Notes: generated from the sequence alone by a model not told the origin. DNA of 64,000 nucleotides from an uncultured delta proteobacterium (GCA_963817385.1 CAWFOM010000027.1:1-64000), one strand, 5' to 3'. Positions 21,851 through 32,683 are shown, counted from the first letter of the stretch. Translations and numbers: made by a program.

Positions 21851-22252
21851 CGGTATGCCTCCCTGGTAATGTTAACAAAATAACATCTGACCTGTTCTCC
21901 ATCTTCCGTAACGGCGGATAATTATCCGAGGACATGAGGAGAAGCTCTCCCAGGGAAGTGTCGAGGCAACCTGGTGGCCGATTTACCTCGGCGCCCCTCA
22001 TCGAGGGATTCTATCAATCACAATACAGCATATCAGAAACGTTAACATATTGCCTCAAGAACCCACCGCCAATCAACTTTCCCATAACTGTTGAAACTTG
22101 TCAATGCTATCCTCCTCATACGCGCTCATCCGGCGTCTTGATTCTCCCGTCATTTATGATAGGATGGGCACTCTTTTTTTACTGCGCCTGATTGAAGCAC
22201 CGGGAGCCACGGGCGGGAAGAGGAAAAGCGCTGCTGGGGCGCGCATGAGACA

Positions 22253-22999
22253 ATGAACGATGACATGAATACAATGCTGGTCCCGATCACGACCGTGAAG
22301 GAACCCAAAAGATGCCTTTCGTGCGGGGCGACGGAGAACATCGGGCGACGGCGGTACTGCTCCGTCGACTGCCGGCAGAAACTCCGGCAAAGACTCGACA
22401 TGCGCAGCGGCCTCCTCCAGGCGCTGAATACTCGGTATGCCACCTTCTACTTTTCCGATTTGCTGATCGTCATGGACGTTCTGCCCTGCGGTTATAAGGA
22501 GATCCGCAGCTTTTTCTACCCCCGCACGCCGGGAAAAACCCCGGGAGAAGACTTCAGCCGAATGGCGGACATTCTGGGCGAGACGTGGTGGGCCGAACAA
22601 CGGCGGACGAAGAAGCGGTATTTTGCCACGCTTCACGTCCTGGATCTTGCGGTCCGGAACCACGTGCCGACGCAGTACGTTAAACCACCGATCATCCACA
22701 CGCCGGCCGTCACACCGACCTCCCTGATCTATCTGAATCTGGAGAAGTCCAATCTCGATTCCCCCGCACTACGGAAGATCATCAGGGACGCCTATCGGCG
22801 GCAGGTGAAGATCCATCACCCCGACCTCGGGGGCGATGCGAGGATGTTCCGGCAGATCCATCAGGCGTACGAAGACCTGATCCGCTGGGCAGAAAATCCG
22901 AACTTTATCCGGCATCGCGGCTTTCCGGACAAGTGGTTCTACGAAGGGGATAAGAACCGCTGGGTACAACCGACGCCGCTCCCGCCGCGCGGTAAATAG
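22253..22999 (+). CDS. J-domain protein with N-terminal Zn-finger-like motif
   Basis: N-terminal CLSC...YCSVDC; C-terminal IRDAYRRQVKIHHPDLGGD (HPD motif). Confidence 0.75.
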   Translation: MNDDMNTMLVPITTVKEPKRCLSCGATENIGRRRYCSVDCRQKLRQRLDMRSGLLQALNTRYATFYFSDLLIVMDVLPCGYKEIRSFFYPRTPGKTPGEDFSRMADILGETWWAEQRRTKKRYFATLHVLDLAVRNHVPTQYVKPPIIHTPAVTPTSLIYLNLEKSNLDSPALRKIIRDAYRRQVKIHHPDLGGDARMFRQIHQAYEDLIRWAENPNFIRHRGFPDKWFYEGDKNRWVQPTPLPPRGK

Positions 23000-23008
23000 C
23001 CATATTCC

Positions 23009-23037
23009 TTGACGCACGTCTGCCCGCTCGTTATAAT
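23009..23037 (+). promoter_or_regulatory. sigma-70 promoter of pfkA
   Basis: TTGACG-17 nt-TATAAT. Confidence 0.75.
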
Positions 23038-23106
23038 CCGCCAAAATCAACGCATGGTTAATTGTTTCGGAATAAAGTCGACTCGGAAGGATAAAAGGGG
23101 GATGCC

Positions 23107-24204
23107 ATGGGCGAGCGGTTGAGGATAGCGGTCAACACCGGCGGCGGGGATGCACCAGGACTCAACGCCGTCATCTATGCCGTAACGATGGCAGCCTACC
23201 GTCGCGGCTGGGAGGTTTACGGAATCCACACCGGGTATAACGGCTTGCTGGATACCGATGAGATCACCCGGTTGACTCCGGAGAAGGTGGCAGGCATCGT
23301 CTCCCTCGGCGGCACGATCCTCGGTACGACGAACAAGGGGGATCCGTTCAATATGCCGGTCAAGAATGCCGTCGGCGATGTCGAACTCCGGGATGTCTCC
23401 ACGCGGATTCTCTCCAACTTCAAACGCCTGGGCATGGACGTGCTGATCGCCGTCGGCGGCGACGGCTCCCTGCGCATCGCCAACCGTTTCGCCGAAATGG
23501 GAATGCCCGTGATAGGGGTGCCCAAGACGATCGACAACGACCTGGCCAGCACGCTCGTCACCTTCGGCTTCGACACGGCGGTGACCACGTCGACGGAGGC
23601 AATCGACAAACTGCATTCCACCGCCAGCGCCCACGAACGGGTGATGGTGGTCGAGGTGATGGGGCGCAACGCCGGCTGGATTGCGCTCAACAGCGGCATT
23701 TCCGGATCGGCGGATGTGATTCTGATTCCCGAAATTCCGTTCAAGATCGAAAGCGCCTGTAATAAGATCATGGACAACGAGCTGCACGGCAAGCACTACG
23801 GCATCGTCGTCGTTGCGGAAGGGGCCAAGGCCGAGGGCGGCGAGGTGGTCCACAAGGGCGGGGGCGAGGATGGCCGCCAGGAGGTGCTCTTGGGGGGGAT
23901 CGGCGAGTGGGTGGCCCGGGAAATCCATCAGCGGATAGGCAAGGACACACGCTCTCTGGTTTTGGGACACCTGCAGCGCGGCGGTTCACCCACCACGTTC
24001 GACCGTCTCGTCGCCCTGCGCTTCGGCGCCGCGGCCATTCGTTTTATCGCAGAGGGCCAGCGCAACGTGATGGTTGCTTCCCGTCCGCCTATCATGCTGG
24101 CCGTGCCGCTGAAGGAAGCCGCCGACAAGATGAAATCGGTGCCCCTGGATTCCGACTCGATCCTCACCGCGCGCGATATGGGGATCAGTTTCGGCGATGA
24201 TTGA
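23107..24204 (+). CDS. pfkA: 6-phosphofructokinase (group III-like, GGDG/PKTIDND)
   Basis: Motifs TGGGDAPGLN, GGDGS, PKTIDND, EVMGR and LGHLQRGG. Confidence 0.93.
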   Translation: MGERLRIAVNTGGGDAPGLNAVIYAVTMAAYRRGWEVYGIHTGYNGLLDTDEITRLTPEKVAGIVSLGGTILGTTNKGDPFNMPVKNAVGDVELRDVSTRILSNFKRLGMDVLIAVGGDGSLRIANRFAEMGMPVIGVPKTIDNDLASTLVTFGFDTAVTTSTEAIDKLHSTASAHERVMVVEVMGRNAGWIALNSGISGSADVILIPEIPFKIESACNKIMDNELHGKHYGIVVVAEGAKAEGGEVVHKGGGEDGRQEVLLGGIGEWVAREIHQRIGKDTRSLVLGHLQRGGSPTTFDRLVALRFGAAAIRFIAEGQRNVMVASRPPIMLAVPLKEAADKMKSVPLDSDSILTARDMGISFGDD

Positions 24205-24292
24205 TGGTTGTTCGTTTGGGAAGGTCGCACCGGTTGCGAGTTCCAAAGCGGCGCCGGGAACCGGCAGGAAGAATTCTTTCAGGAGGGAAGCG

Positions 24293-25059
24293 ATGAACGG
24301 CATTGCATATGGTCTGGAGGAAAAGGTAGTCGTCGTGACGGGAGGAAGCCGGGGGATCGGTCTGGAACTGGCCCGGAGCCTCCTCGCCCAGGGAGCGAAG
24401 GTCGTCATCTGCAGCCGGAAGCAGGAAAATCTCGCGGCCGCCGTGGATACACTCGGCGGCGGTGAGCGGCTGTATGCCCTGCCGGCCCATGTCGCCCGCG
24501 AAGGGGATGTGGAGAACCTGTTCGACGCGACCGTCAGCCGTTTCGGGGGCCTCGATCTCCTCGTCAACAATGTCGGGATGAATCTGCTGACCGCCTCCGT
24601 TGTCGATACGGACCTCGCCGTCTGGAACAAGATCATCGAGGGAAATCTCACCGGCGCTTTCCTCTGCTCGCGCAAAGCCGCCCGGATCATGCGGGAGAAG
24701 AAGCGGGGGAAGATCGTCAGCATCTCGTCCCTTGCCGGGACCAAGGCCTCGCCGGGAATGGGGATATACGGGATCGCCAAGGCCGGCCTCGAGATGCTCA
24801 CGAAAGTCCTCGCCTTCGAGCTTGCCCCCTTCAACATCCAGGTGAACGCCGTCGCCCCGGGGGTCGTGCAGGACCGATTTCAGCAAACCCTTCTGGTCGA
24901 CGCCGGCCATCTGCGAGCAGATTCGTCCGGGCTGTCCCGGCGGGCCGCATCGCCGAGACGGCCGACCTGGTCCCCATCGTCCTGCTGCTCGCCTCGCGCC
25001 ATGCCGATTACATCACGGGGCAGACGATCATGGTCGACGGGGGGGCCTCGGCGATATGA
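24293..25059 (+). CDS. SDR family oxidoreductase (two apparent one-base insertions near 24868 and 24923)
   Basis: TGGSRGIG and YGIAK motifs; removing two bases gives ...VVRTDFSKPFW...GRIAE...YITGQTIMVDGG, a normal SDR end, with the stop overlapping the next ATG. Confidence 0.85.
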
Positions 25060-25823
25060 GCTGCACGGCCGGCATCGACATCGGCTCCATCACCGCCAAG
25101 GCAGCCGTCATGCGGGATGGCCTGCTTTTGGGGTCGCGGGTGATCTTCACCGGCTATAACTCCGAGGCGGCGGGCCGCCGCGTCTTCGAGGAGCTCCTCG
25201 GAGAGCTGGGGCTTGCCCGTGCCGAGATCGGCCGGATCGTCGCCACCGGTTACGGCCGGAAGAGCGTGACCGTGGCCGACAAGGTCGTCACGGAGATCAT
25301 GTGTCACGCCGCGGGGGCGCGGTTCCTCGATCCCTCCGTCCGTTCGCTCATCGACATCGGCGGGCAGGACAGCAAGGCCGTTGTGATGGACGCGGGCGGG
25401 CGGGTGACGAACTTCACGATGAATGACAAGTGTGCCGCGGGAACCGGCCGTTTCCTCGAGGTGATGGCCCGCGCCCTGGAGGCGGATCTCGACGAGTTTG
25501 GAGAGCTCTCCCTCAAGGCGGAGCGGCCGGCCAAGATCAGCAGCCTCTGCACGGTCTTCGCCGAGTCGGAGGTGATCTCGCTCATCGCCAAGGGCGAGAC
25601 CCGGGAGAATATCATCGCGGGGATCCACGAGGCGATCGCCTCCCGGGTTTCGGCGATGGCGAGCCGGATCGGCCTCACGGCGCCCGTGATGATGACGGGG
25701 GGAGTGGCCCGGAACATCGGCGTCGTCCGGGCCCTTGAGAAGGTGATCGGCATGCCGGTCGTCGTCTCGCCCCACGCCCAGGTGACCGGGGCGATCGGCG
25801 CGGCGGCTCTCGCGCGGGGGTGA
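25056..25823 (+). CDS. ATP-dependent acyl-CoA dehydratase/reductase activase (HgdC/BadF-BadG/BcrA-BcrD family)
   Basis: Motifs GIDIGS, ATGYGR, DIGGQDSK, MNDKCAAGTG and CTVFAESE. Confidence 0.92.
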   Translation: MSCTAGIDIGSITAKAAVMRDGLLLGSRVIFTGYNSEAAGRRVFEELLGELGLARAEIGRIVATGYGRKSVTVADKVVTEIMCHAAGARFLDPSVRSLIDIGGQDSKAVVMDAGGRVTNFTMNDKCAAGTGRFLEVMARALEADLDEFGELSLKAERPAKISSLCTVFAESEVISLIAKGETRENIIAGIHEAIASRVSAMASRIGLTAPVMMTGGVARNIGVVRALEKVIGMPVVVSPHAQVTGAIGAAALARG

Positions 25824-25826
25824 ACA

Positions 25827-26663
25827 ATGGATGAGGATCTGAAAGGGAAGACGGCGGTCGTTACCGGGGCGGGAAAGAAGACGGGCATCGGGTATGCCAT
25901 CGCAAAGAGCCTTGCCTCCCGGGGCGCGCATGTCGTCATCGCCGATATCGGCCGGCCGACGGAAGCCGTAAACCCCGTCCGGACGGGGACGCGCGAGGAG
26001 ATGGAGGCGATCGCCGCTGAACTCGGTGAACGTTTCGGCGTCAGGGCATTCGCCGTCGAGGTTGATGTGACCGATCCCGCCTCCCTCTTGCGGATGGCAG
26101 AGACGCTCCGGGAGCGGTGCGGCCATATCCACATCCTCGTGAACAACGCCGGCGCCTCCTTCGGCGTCCCCGCCGATATTCTTTCGTACGATGAAGCGGC
26201 CTGGATCCGGACGGTGGATGTGTGTCTTTTTTCCGTTTTCCGCGTCAGCCGGGCCGTCCTGCCGCTTATGCTGGGAGAGCCGGGCGCGATCATCAACACC
26301 GCCTCCCGGGCGGGGAAGGTGCCGCCTCTGTTCAACAGCGCCTACGCCGCGGCGAAGGCCGGGGTGATCATGCTGACCAAGACGATGGCCAAAGAGCTCG
26401 CCTCCCGCAACATCCGGGTAAACGCGATCTGCCCGGGACAAATCCGAACCGATCTTAAGCAGTGGCACTTCGGTTTGGAAGCCTCCTTTTTCGGGAGCAC
26501 GGTCGAGGAGCGGGAAGAGGAGATGTGCAAAACGATCCCCCTCGGCCGAATCGGCGATCCGGAGGATGCGGGGAGGCTCGTTGCCTTTCTCGCCTCGGAG
26601 GCCTCCCGGTACATCACCGGACAGGCGATCAACCTCGACGGCGGGCAGTGCATGGAGTTGTGA
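25827..26663 (+). CDS. SDR family oxidoreductase
   Basis: Motifs TGAGKKTGIG, VNNAG, YAAAK and ITGQAINLDGG. Confidence 0.9.
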   Translation: MDEDLKGKTAVVTGAGKKTGIGYAIAKSLASRGAHVVIADIGRPTEAVNPVRTGTREEMEAIAAELGERFGVRAFAVEVDVTDPASLLRMAETLRERCGHIHILVNNAGASFGVPADILSYDEAAWIRTVDVCLFSVFRVSRAVLPLMLGEPGAIINTASRAGKVPPLFNSAYAAAKAGVIMLTKTMAKELASRNIRVNAICPGQIRTDLKQWHFGLEASFFGSTVEEREEEMCKTIPLGRIGDPEDAGRLVAFLASEASRYITGQAINLDGGQCMEL

Positions 26664-26676
26664 ATGGGAGGTGGGA

Positions 26677-28380
26677 ATGGAGCAGATCATCGGCGGCAGG
26701 CTGGCGGCGGAAGCGCTCATCGAGAGGGATGTTGAGTACGTGTTCACCCTGAGCGGGGGGCAGATTACCCCGATCTACCAGTATCTCGAAGGATCGCCGG
26801 TCGCCCTGTTCGACACCCGCCATGAACAGGCCGCCGTCTTTATGGCCGAAGCCTGGGCGCGGATGACCCGGAAGCCCGCGGTGGCCATGGTTACGGCCGG
26901 GCCGGGTTTTACCAACGCACTCTCCGGGATCGCCAACGCCCGGCTTTCCAACGCCCCGGTGGTCCTGATCGCGGGCTGCGTCGGTCTGGAGAGCGCAGAG
27001 AAGCTCGACCTCAACGACTTGAGCCAGCTTCCCGTCATCACGCCGATGGTGAAGAAGGGGTGGGTCTGTCCCGTGGCGGAGAGGATCCCCGAGTTCGTCG
27101 ACCTCGCCTTCCGGACCGCGGCGTCCGGCCGCCCCGGCCCGGTCTACCTGGAACTTCCCTGTGATGTCCTCAACGCTGCGGTCGATCCGGAGCGGGTGAA
27201 GCGGCTCCGCAGCCGCGTGGAGTCCCGACCGGTGGACCCCGAAGGGGCGCGGGAGATCCTGACGATGCTCCAGGCGGCGCACGCACCCGTTGTCATCGCC
27301 GGGAGCGGCGTCTGGTACGCCGATGCGGGAGAGGCGCTGCGCGCGTTTGTGGAGCGCTCCGGCATCCCGGTCTTTACGGGCAATTCCGGCCGGGGGAGCA
27401 TCCCCGATACCCACCCCCTCTGCTTCGGGTCCTCCCTCGCCATCCGTCCCGGCGCGGCTTTCTTCACCCTCGCGAGCGCCGACCTGATCCTTTTTTTTGG
27501 GAGCCGGCTCAGCCTCTACTACGTCTTCGGTGATGTCTTCCGCAAGGATGCAAAGTTCATCCAGGCGGACATCGAGGCGGAGGAGATCGGCCGGAACCGT
27601 TCCGTGGACCTGGGCGTCGTCGGCGACGTCCGCGCCCTCTTGGAAGAGATGAACCGCATGATCGACGCGCAGAGGATCGGAAAGACACTCCGCGGCCGTT
27701 TCCAGGGATGGGTGGAGAGCGTCCGGAAGGCCGATGCGGATGGGAAGGCCCCTACGCAACCTTTGTGGGAAAGTGACGCCGTTCCCATCCACCCCCTGCG
27801 CCTTGCACGCGAGGTGGACGCTTTCATGGACGGCGATGAGGATATCGTCGTCGCCGACGGGGGCGACACCCAGGTATGGATGGGGATGACGCGGACCGTC
27901 AGACAGGGGGGCCGCTATCTCGACTCGGGCCTCTACAGCTGCCTGGCGGTGGGGCTCCCCTTTGCCAATGCGGCGAAGCTCCGCCATCCCGCAAGCCGGG
28001 TCCTCCTCATCACCGGAGACGGTTCGGTGGGCTTCAATTTCATGGAGTTCCACACGGCGATCCGCCGGGGACTCCCCATCGTGGCCGTCATCGCCAACGA
28101 CCAGAGCTGGGGAATGATCGCCCACAGCCAGACGCTGCGGATGGGACACAGCATTCCCGACGGGACCTGGCTGGGACGGGTCGACTATCACCGCCTGGTC
28201 GAGGCACTGGGGGGATTCGGGGCCCTGGTCGAAAGGCCGGAGGAGATCCGGCCGGCCCTGGAGGCGGCCTTCGCCTCGGGAAAGACGGCCTGCATCAACG
28301 TGATGGTGGATCCCGCCGTCATCAGCCCGGGGAGCGTCGCCCTCGCCAATCTCGGCGGCTACTGCGCGGGGAAACAGTAG
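26677..28380 (+). CDS. Thiamine-diphosphate-dependent enzyme (acetolactate synthase / 2-hydroxyacyl-CoA lyase-like)
   Basis: Motifs RHEQAA, TAGPG, GRPGPVYLE and the ThDP motif GDGSVGF...ND. Confidence 0.88.
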   Translation: MEQIIGGRLAAEALIERDVEYVFTLSGGQITPIYQYLEGSPVALFDTRHEQAAVFMAEAWARMTRKPAVAMVTAGPGFTNALSGIANARLSNAPVVLIAGCVGLESAEKLDLNDLSQLPVITPMVKKGWVCPVAERIPEFVDLAFRTAASGRPGPVYLELPCDVLNAAVDPERVKRLRSRVESRPVDPEGAREILTMLQAAHAPVVIAGSGVWYADAGEALRAFVERSGIPVFTGNSGRGSIPDTHPLCFGSSLAIRPGAAFFTLASADLILFFGSRLSLYYVFGDVFRKDAKFIQADIEAEEIGRNRSVDLGVVGDVRALLEEMNRMIDAQRIGKTLRGRFQGWVESVRKADADGKAPTQPLWESDAVPIHPLRLAREVDAFMDGDEDIVVADGGDTQVWMGMTRTVRQGGRYLDSGLYSCLAVGLPFANAAKLRHPASRVLLITGDGSVGFNFMEFHTAIRRGLPIVAVIANDQSWGMIAHSQTLRMGHSIPDGTWLGRVDYHRLVEALGGFGALVERPEEIRPALEAAFASGKTACINVMVDPAVISPGSVALANLGGYCAGKQ

Positions 28381-28390
28381 CCCGGATGGC

Positions 28391-30366
28391 TCACCTTCCC
28401 GCAGAGATCTTCCGGCGGATCAGGCGGACCGCAGAAACCGATCAGAAGAATCATCAGGACATGGAGGAGAATTCCTATCCCGATCGCCCCGTAGGTGATC
28501 CCGTTCCCGCCGGCGACAAGCCGGATCGGGTTCCATGAGGGGGCGGCGGAGAACCGGCCTTCCGATTGCCGGTACCGTGCGGGGATATCGGGAATCCCGT
28601 TTCCATCGGTGTCGGGAAAGCTCTTCAGGTACTCGGCCAGGGCCACCCACTCCTTGATCTCCTGGTTTCCCGGTGTCAGGGGATCGGTGTCGATGATCCC
28701 CTGCCTCGCATCGGTAAGGGGGCGCCCCTCCCGATCCCGCGGCAGGACCGACCAGCAGGCCGTGCGAGACCGTGCGGACATACTCCACCATCTGCGCGGT
28801 GTAGTAGTTCAGGCAGATCCGGTAGAGCTTCTCCGGCGCCACCGGCTCATAAACGCCGGCTTCGTTCTGGACCGCAATCGACGTGACGCGGTCGAAGGGA
28901 ACCCGGTGGGGGTTGAAGGAGAACCTGACCCCGGAGAGCTGCAGGTGGGCGTCGTTTTTGATCTTTGCCACGGTGGTTTCGACCTCGAGGAGGTCCTTGA
29001 GCTCCTTCCCGGTGATATGGGAGGAAATCAGCGGATAGCCGGGCATGCCGTCCGTCCCGAGCCCGAGGGAGAGGACGCGGAAGATGTCGTCCACGGTGAT
29101 CGGCCCCTTCAGGAAGGAGTCCCGGATCAGCCCGAGCGGCTCCACCACTACATGGATATGCTCATACCGCGGGCCTTCGGCCTTCCTGACGGCGTACCGA
29201 AAAGCATCGGTGATCATGTCCCCGATCCCCGTCTCCCCGGGGATGGCGTAGGCGGCCTCCAGGGTCTCCATGTCAAACCCGGTCTCGGCAACGACCTGGT
29301 CGTACCGGTAACCGGTGGCGGCCAGGTACCCCCTGTCCACGTCTTCTTTGAATCGGGCGATCTGTCGTGCGAGATCCGGGTCATCCGGTACATCCCGGAG
29401 GACGGGCGTAAGCTCATAGCCGGAGGGCGTTGCTCCGGTCCCCTTTGCATAATTCAGGTCCAGCCGGCCGAGATAGGCGCCGTAGCTGCCGGCCGCGACG
29501 ATGACGGTCTTTCCGATCATGATCGGCTTGGCCAGGACCGTGTGGGTGTGTCCGCTGATGATCACGTCGATCCCCGGGACCTCACGGGCGAGGTTTTCGT
29601 CCTCGGAGTGCTTCTTGACCGGCGACGTGCCGGTGTGGGAGAGACAGATGACGAGATCGACCTTCTCCTTGTCCCGCAGGAGCGCCACCATTGTTTTGCT
29701 CGTTTCGACGGGGTCGGCGAAAGTGACCGGCTTGGCGAAGGGGGTGTCCGTCTGCGCGTCCTTCCCGAGGATGCCGAACAGGCCGATCCGGATGCCCTGC
29801 CGCTCCAGGACCGCATAGGGGGTGACCGGATACTCCGTAAACGCCTCCTTGAGTTCGGTGTCCCCCTTGCCGTCCGGGCTGAAGACGACGTTCGAGGCGA
29901 CCATGGCAGGGAGTCGTTTTTCTGCGGTGCGGGCGGCCCGGAGGGTTTGCGCCAGGCCCTTCGGATGGAAGTCGAAATCGTGGTTCCCGAGGGTCATGGC
30001 GTCGTACCCCATCGCCGCCATGAGACGCAGTTCCGCCGCCTCGGTCATGAAGGCGGTATGGAACAGCGTCCCCATGCTGAAATCGCCGGCATCGACGACG
30101 AGCGTCCGGTCGCCTTCGCGGGATCGGGTTTCCCGGATCAGCGTCAGGAGCTTCGCATATCCGCCCTGCTCGACCGGCGGGCCGCCGGGGACGGCCACCC
30201 GATGCGGGAGGAAGTAGGAGTGCAGGTCATGGGTGAACAGGACGACGAGCCGCTCGCCGGCCACGGGATCGCCTGCGGCGATGTCCGCCCGGGGAATGCC
30301 GGAGAGTATCAGCAGAAGGAGGCCTATCGCCAGGATCGTTCGCCGCAAAAGGTCATTGTGTCTCAT
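28391..30366 (-). CDS. Secreted, membrane-anchored 5'-nucleotidase/UDP-sugar hydrolase (UshA-like; apparent insertions near 28752 and 28436)
   Basis: Signal peptide; metallophosphoesterase motifs THDLH, DAGD, GNHDFD, LSHTG and ISGHTH; the C-terminal TM is recovered after frame correction. Confidence 0.85.
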
Positions 30367-30646
30367 AAACCGCCCCTTTCCGAATGGAGAATCATACCCT
30401 GACGGGTCCATTCCCACGTCTGCCGCTTGTTGGAATTGGTATTGCGCCTGTGATTTCCGCCGGGTCGCCGGAGGTAGGGTTGAGGTGTCTCTGCATGAAC
30501 CCCTGGATCATGACATGGAGTATAAGGAGAACTCGGCGGGGTGTCAATTTGCTACAAAACCGGACAAATCTATTTGTTGCTAACACCGGAAAGGATCTCC
30601 GGGAGAGACATTTCACCGTTCGCGAAAAGGACCCTCGTGCGCACGA

Positions 30647-31828
30647 TCAGTGGTTTTTGGTCTCCGAGATTTCCAGGCGGGTTATGAGGGGAGCCGACAA
30701 AAGGGTGATGATGCCGACGAGGATGAATGAGAGGCTGAACTCCCCCGCATCTCCGAAGATGCCCAGAGCGGTCGGGATAAGACCGGCGCCGATCAGATAG
30801 GCGATGAAAATGGTGAGTGAGACGGAGAGGTTCCGCGCGTGCGGCGGGACAATCCGCGAGAGAACGGTGAATCCCGCTGGGAAAAAGCAGACCGTCATCA
30901 TTGGCTGAAGAAAGACCATCAGGACGACCCACCTGCCCGGGAGAGCGCCGAGGAGGATCGCCGTGAGGCCGTTGAAAACGGTCACCATGGCGATCGTTGG
31001 TTTCGGGCCGATACGGTCCGAGATCCAGCCGGAGACGAAAGTCATGGCCACGACGGGGATCCGCGAAAGACCGAGGAGTGTATTGGCCAGACTCCGGTCG
31101 ATACCCCGCTCGTCGACGAGATAGAGCGGAATCATGTTGTAGATGCCCATGCTGGAGGCAATAGCCAGGCTGAAAAAGACGACCATGATCCAGAAGGCGG
31201 GTTTACCGGTCATGAGCCTGATATTTCCGAGGGTCGGCGCCTCGCCCGTGAAATCGCCGCCAGTGCCGAGACGGAGAAAGGTCAGGCCCAGGAGCAGGGA
31301 GGCAACACCGATCAGCGCGAGGATCCCCTGCCAGGGGAAAAGGATGAGAAGGGCTTCTACGATGAGCGGTGCGGCGATATATCCGAGGGAGGGGGCGAAT
31401 TCGTGGACGGAGATCGCCTTTCCCCAATGAGCCGAGTCGATCGCGGAGGTGATCGTCGTTATTCCCGAGGGGAGGTACATCCCGGTTGAAACGCCGATGA
31501 GAAACAGTCCGAAGCGAATCATCCAGAGGGTGTGACTTGCGGCGATAACGAAGAACGCGCAGCCGCAGGCGACGGCGGCAAGGGCGATCGTCCGGCGGTG
31601 GGTGATCCGCGCGGAAAGAAACCCCGACCCGATGAGTCCCATCGCATAGCCCAGCGCGATCATCATGAAAAACACCCCCGCCGCTGTATGGCCGAGGTCG
31701 AGATCCCGTTCGATCACCGGCAGAAGGGGCGACAGGACGACCCGCGAGAGGAAGTTAACGAAAAAGATGGTCGTCAGAATGCCGAGCAGGAAGATCTGCG
31801 ATTTGCGGGATAGGGAGATCTCCGTCAT
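30647..31828 (-). CDS. MFS transporter
   Basis: 12-TM pattern; motif A GWISDRIG. Confidence 0.9.
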   Translation of the reverse strand: MTEISLSRKSQIFLLGILTTIFFVNFLSRVVLSPLLPVIERDLDLGHTAAGVFFMMIALGYAMGLIGSGFLSARITHRRTIALAAVACGCAFFVIAASHTLWMIRFGLFLIGVSTGMYLPSGITTITSAIDSAHWGKAISVHEFAPSLGYIAAPLIVEALLILFPWQGILALIGVASLLLGLTFLRLGTGGDFTGEAPTLGNIRLMTGKPAFWIMVVFFSLAIASSMGIYNMIPLYLVDERGIDRSLANTLLGLSRIPVVAMTFVSGWISDRIGPKPTIAMVTVFNGLTAILLGALPGRWVVLMVFLQPMMTVCFFPAGFTVLSRIVPPHARNLSVSLTIFIAYLIGAGLIPTALGIFGDAGEFSLSFILVGIITLLSAPLITRLEISETKNH

Positions 31829-32022
31829 CTTTCGCCCCCTCCGCTGCGAAGATGCGGCTCCCGGCCGGAAGCGCGGTGACTGAGAAGTGCGAGAGTCCCC
31901 CCGCTACCGATGCTCCTCCCGGCGGCGATCAGGTAAGCGAGCCCGACGGGCGGCACTTCGGCGCCCGGCACCTGCTTGACGGCGGTTTGCATCTTCAAAA
32001 GCGGGCTCCTTTCTTGGATCAC

Positions 32023-32481
32023 TTAAGCCGGATCGGGCGCAGGCCGGCGATTCATGGCCATCTGCTTCCGGCCTTCCCGGAAGAGGACCTCCATGCTATC
32101 CGCGGTGATTTTTTCGACGAATCCACGTCCGAACTGGGGATGGGAGATAACATCGCCCAACTCGTAGTGTTCCGTAAGTCGATAGTCCCAGGTGACGACG
32201 TCCGGCGCTGCGGCTGCATTCCGCTGCTCCCACTGCCTCGCATCCGCCGGCCGCACGGGCCGCTGCGCCCTGGCCGCGACCCCACCGTAGCGGCGTTCCG
32301 CCGGGATCTCTCTTCTTTTTTCCGGCTTCGGCCCGTGGTAGCGGTGCTCTGCCCGGCAGGTCTTGCATTTCACCCCGTGGACCGCCCCTCCCACTTCGTA
32401 CAGGACGATGTGGGCCAGGGTGAGCTGGCAGCGCGAGCAGAAAGCATCGATGGTTTTTCCGACCAGTGACACGGTTATCAA
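32023..32481 (-). CDS. Hypothetical protein with Zn-ribbon and Tudor-like C-terminus
   Basis: CSRC...CKTC followed by GDVISHPQFGRGFV; AAGGGG RBS. Confidence 0.7.
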   Translation of the reverse strand: MITVSLVGKTIDAFCSRCQLTLAHIVLYEVGGAVHGVKCKTCRAEHRYHGPKPEKRREIPAERRYGGVAARAQRPVRPADARQWEQRNAAAAPDVVTWDYRLTEHYELGDVISHPQFGRGFVEKITADSMEVLFREGRKQMAMNRRPAPDPA

Positions 32482-32683
32482 CCCCCTTCATGATATCGAG
32501 GTGCAGCCTTTATCATGCTCGCCTCTTTTTTGATACCCTTTTGTACGGGGCGCGGACCGTGTCCGAAAGCCCTGTTCATACGCCCACAAACAGGCAAGAA
32601 AACGGCGAGAATCTGAGACATTTATGAGAAGAGTGTCAAGTATTTTTTCCGATTCCCTGACGAGGTCCGGGAGGGAGGACCAT

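Noticed and set aside
21934..22191. 85-aa ORF between glgP and the J-domain gene
   Set aside because: No motifs, atypical composition, and it occupies the divergent promoter region.
28359..28390. Convergent overlap between the nucleotidase and ThDP enzyme genes
   Set aside because: Removing one base near 28436 gives a basic post-TM tail (AVRLIRRKISAGR*) ending at 28391, which removes the overlap.
30392..30616. Small ORF or riboswitch upstream of the 5'-nucleotidase
   Set aside because: No recognisable protein motif, RBS, aptamer consensus or terminator.
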